Assembly: GCA_902526005.1 (NCBI GenBank)
Contig: CABZIW010000001.1
Location: 295,662-359,661, forward strand
Direction: 5' to 3'
DNA length: 64,000 bases
Source of the DNA: an uncultured Pelagibacteraceae bacterium
Lineage (GTDB): Bacteria; Pseudomonadota; Alphaproteobacteria; Pelagibacterales; AG-422-B15
Part shown: positions 62,193-64,000 of the stretch, piece by piece
Layout: every line of letters begins with the position of its first letter
How positions within the stretch are numbered: the stretch's first letter is position 1
Program-made: the position numbers and the translations under genes
Notes under the pieces: model-generated
Databases searched by the model: none
Told to the model about the DNA's origin: nothing
Seen by the model: only the letters and a program-made list of their open reading frames with translations

Positions 62193-62661
62193 TTTTAAAA
62201 AACATAAAATATAATGTAATAGATAGTAATAAAAAAGTCATAATCAAGTTAGCTTCTGCTATCGAAATAAAATTAAATAAATAAGTAGGTTCGTCACATC
62301 TTACCAATGGAGTTTGATTAAGACTTTCCAAAAGTTTAGACTTGTCAGATAAACCTGACAAATTAGAGGTACATCCTGAATTTAAATTAATCAATCCTCT
62401 TTCGACTAATACATGTCTTAAGGTATACAAAAATCCAAATAGTAAAATCAGAATTGAAGCATAGTCTGCGACCCTTTTAACCGTCGCTCTTTTTTCAAAT
62501 TTAAAAATGATTGATGTCAAACCTATTATAATCAATAAATAGTATGGATACCTTTCAACAAGACACATGTCACAAGGAGCCATATTAAATACGTATTGCA
62601 GTACGAATACAGCGATTATTACCAATGTTGAGATAATAAAGTTGATATTAATAGGGCTCAT
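62182..62661 (-). CDS. dsbB: disulfide bond formation protein B family membrane protein
   Basis: 159 aa with four TM helices. APCDMCLVERYPY (CxxC) in the first loop and a second Cys pair (C..C) in the large loop. Confidence 0.72.
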   Translation of the reverse strand: MSPININFIISTLVIIAVFVLQYVFNMAPCDMCLVERYPYYLLIIIGLTSIIFKFEKRATVKRVADYASILILLFGFLYTLRHVLVERGLINLNSGCTSNLSGLSDKSKLLESLNQTPLVRCDEPTYLFNFISIAEANLIMTFLLLSITLYFMFFKNER

Positions 62662-62665
62662 AATT

Positions 62666-63295
62666 CTAGTATGTAATATATAAAATACCTAAAATCACGA
62701 AAGTAATAAGAATAAATGAATATAAATTTATTCTTTTTTCAAATGATACAAGCGCAATACTTCCAAATCGATAGATTAAATAGCCTATAAGAAAAAATCT
62801 CACAGATCTTGAGATCACACTTGCAGCTAAGAAAATAAAAAAATTTATACCTAAAAAACCACTTGTCAGTGTAACAATCTTAAAAGGAATGGGAGTAAAA
62901 CCACCTATGAAAACGTAGAGGAAGCCATAATTATCTATGTCATTAACGAATGAATTAAATGACTCAACCAAATTTAAACTCTGAAGAATAAAATTTCCTA
63001 TACTATTGAAGAAATATACACCAATAAAATATGCAATAATCGCTCCAGTGATTGAGCCAAGAACCGATAGTCCAGCAATTTTAAATATTTTCTTTTTGTC
63101 TAATGCCATCATTGGAACCATGAATATTTCTTGAGGGAATGGAAAAATAATTGCTTCAACTAATCCCATCAAAAAGATAAATGGATAAGCGAACTTAGTT
63201 TTTATAAAACGCTCACCAAGTGAGACAAAATACGCTTTTAAGTTATGATAAATTGAGATTAACATACCATTGCTAATATATATATTTGCATACAT
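62666..63295 (-). CDS. YqaA/DedA (SNARE-associated) family inner membrane protein
   Basis: 209 aa, polytopic. GLVEAIIFPFPQEIFMVPM motif typical of YqaA-like proteins. The start is uncertain (alternative Met 10 codons in). Confidence 0.68.
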   Translation of the reverse strand: MYANIYISNGMLISIYHNLKAYFVSLGERFIKTKFAYPFIFLMGLVEAIIFPFPQEIFMVPMMALDKKKIFKIAGLSVLGSITGAIIAYFIGVYFFNSIGNFILQSLNLVESFNSFVNDIDNYGFLYVFIGGFTPIPFKIVTLTSGFLGINFFIFLAASVISRSVRFFLIGYLIYRFGSIALVSFEKRINLYSFILITFVILGILYITY

Positions 63296-63349
63296 AATTC
63301 TACTAAGCCTTTATGACGAATATAAGTAAAGTATAATAAGTCTAGGAAT

Positions 63350-63434
63350 GGGGATATGGCGGAATTGGTAGACGCGCCAGACTCAAAATCTGGTGCCTTC
63401 GGGCGTTCCGGTTCGACTCCGGATATCCCTACCA
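63350..63434 (+). tRNA. tRNA-Leu (anticodon CAA)
   Basis: 85 nt, hand-folded cloverleaf. Acceptor stem GGGGAUA/UAUCCCU (G1-U72 wobble). D arm GCG-GAAUUGGUAGA-CGC. Anticodon stem CCAGA/UCUGG with loop CUCAAAA. Long variable arm UGCC-UUCG-GGCGU. T arm UCCGG-UUCGACU-CCGGA. Discriminator A and encoded CCA. Confidence 0.93.
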
Positions 63435-63443
63435 GTATTTTAT

Positions 63444-64000
63444 ATGATAGAAAAAAAGATAAAGATAAATAAACTAGATTATATTAATCCGGAGGAGGTA
63501 TTAATAAGGTTTCAAGATAAAAAAAATTTAATTTTTTTAGATAGTGCAAATAAAACAATATCTGAAAATAATCGATACTCTTATATAGCATTTGATCCTA
63601 TCTATACCATTAAGCTCAATGCAAGCAAAAATTATTTAAATTCAAAAAAATTTGCAAGAATAAATAAATTAATATCAAGTTTTAAATCAAAAAAAATTAA
63701 ATCATTACCAAAGTTTCAGTGTGGTTTAGCTGGTTATGTCTCTTATGAAGCAGGGCTTGCAAAAGAAAATATTAAAAGCGCAAATCCATTAGAAAAAATA
63801 TTGCCAAATATATTTTTTGGTCTCTTCGATATAGTGATTGCTTTTGATAACAAATTGAAAAGAACTTATCTTTTTTCTATTAATTTAGATAACGAATTTA
63901 AAAGCGAGCTTTCACATCAAATTCGATTACAAAATGCAAAAAACTTGTATTCAGTTCCGCGGATAAACAATCCAATTAACAAACTATTTGGTTTTCAGTG
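63444..64000 (+). CDS. pabB: aminodeoxychorismate (PABA) synthase component I-like, N-terminal part (3' end beyond window)
   Basis: Hand translation from the ATG at 63444: MIEKKIKINKLDYINPEEVLIRFQDKKNLIFLDSA...RYSYIAFDP...CGLAGYVSYEAG. This is the N-terminal pattern of chorismate-utilising enzymes (PabB/TrpE). The frame is open to the window end. Confidence 0.55.
   Translation, partial: MIEKKIKINKLDYINPEEVLIRFQDKKNLIFLDSANKTISENNRYSYIAFDPIYTIKLNASKNYLNSKKFARINKLISSFKSKKIKSLPKFQCGLAGYVSYEAGLAKENIKSANPLEKILPNIFFGLFDIVIAFDNKLKRTYLFSINLDNEFKSELSHQIRLQNAKNLYSVPRINNPINKLFGFQ

Noticed and set aside
63350-63434. tRNA-Leu as the attachment site of a genomic island.
   Set aside because: The next gene is a pabB-like biosynthetic gene starting 10 nt downstream. 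There is no integrase and no repeat of the tRNA 3' end in the remaining 566 nt. I cannot see beyond the window.

Overview
This window is very AT-rich (roughly 30% GC by eye, not computed) and extremely gene-dense. It holds about 70 protein genes and one tRNA. Spacers are mostly 0-60 nt, many starts and stops overlap, and several convergent gene pairs share or abut stop codons. Gene content and order are alphaproteobacterial: sdhCDAB; mdh-sucCDAB-lpdA; atpHAGDC; rplU-rpmA-obg-proBA-nadD-rsfS-rlmH; a HIG1-type twin-TM protein; COQ7. The composition and compaction suggest a streamlined planktonic lineage (Pelagibacterales/SAR11-like or similar), but the taxon is inference only. The region reads as core chromosome: central carbon metabolism, ATP synthase F1, amino-acid biosynthesis (leuB, asd, proBA, serCA, metXW, hisC, tyrC, lysA, argH) and ribosome-associated genes. 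I see no mobile elements, CRISPR arrays, rRNA, prophage or recognisable defence/toxin systems, so I do not claim a new system. The most notable content is a near-complete ethylmalonyl-CoA (EMC) pathway gene set. It comprises divergent ccr / ecm, with mcd, a HIG1-like small membrane protein, a PduO-type cobalamin adenosyltransferase and etfBA co-directional downstream of ccr. phaA-phaB lie about 10 kb from the etfA end of that cluster, and a single 652-aa ORF fuses a CitE/malyl-CoA-lyase-like domain to a double-hotdog MaoC hydratase (candidate Mch-Mcl fusion). Other points worth a second look: (1) a SAM-II-like pseudoknot riboswitch with an intrinsic terminator and a consensus sigma70-type promoter ahead of metX-metW; (2) a DUF1015 gene tightly linked to serC-serA(short, no ACT)-gpmA; (3) a translationally coupled trio of NTF2-like protein, di-iron fatty-acid hydroxylase and unknown membrane protein; (4) an untracked 40-aa LptM-like lipoprotein gene between argH and lysA; (5) an unexplained 12-bp-stem hairpin in the largest non-coding spacer (sdhB/smr).
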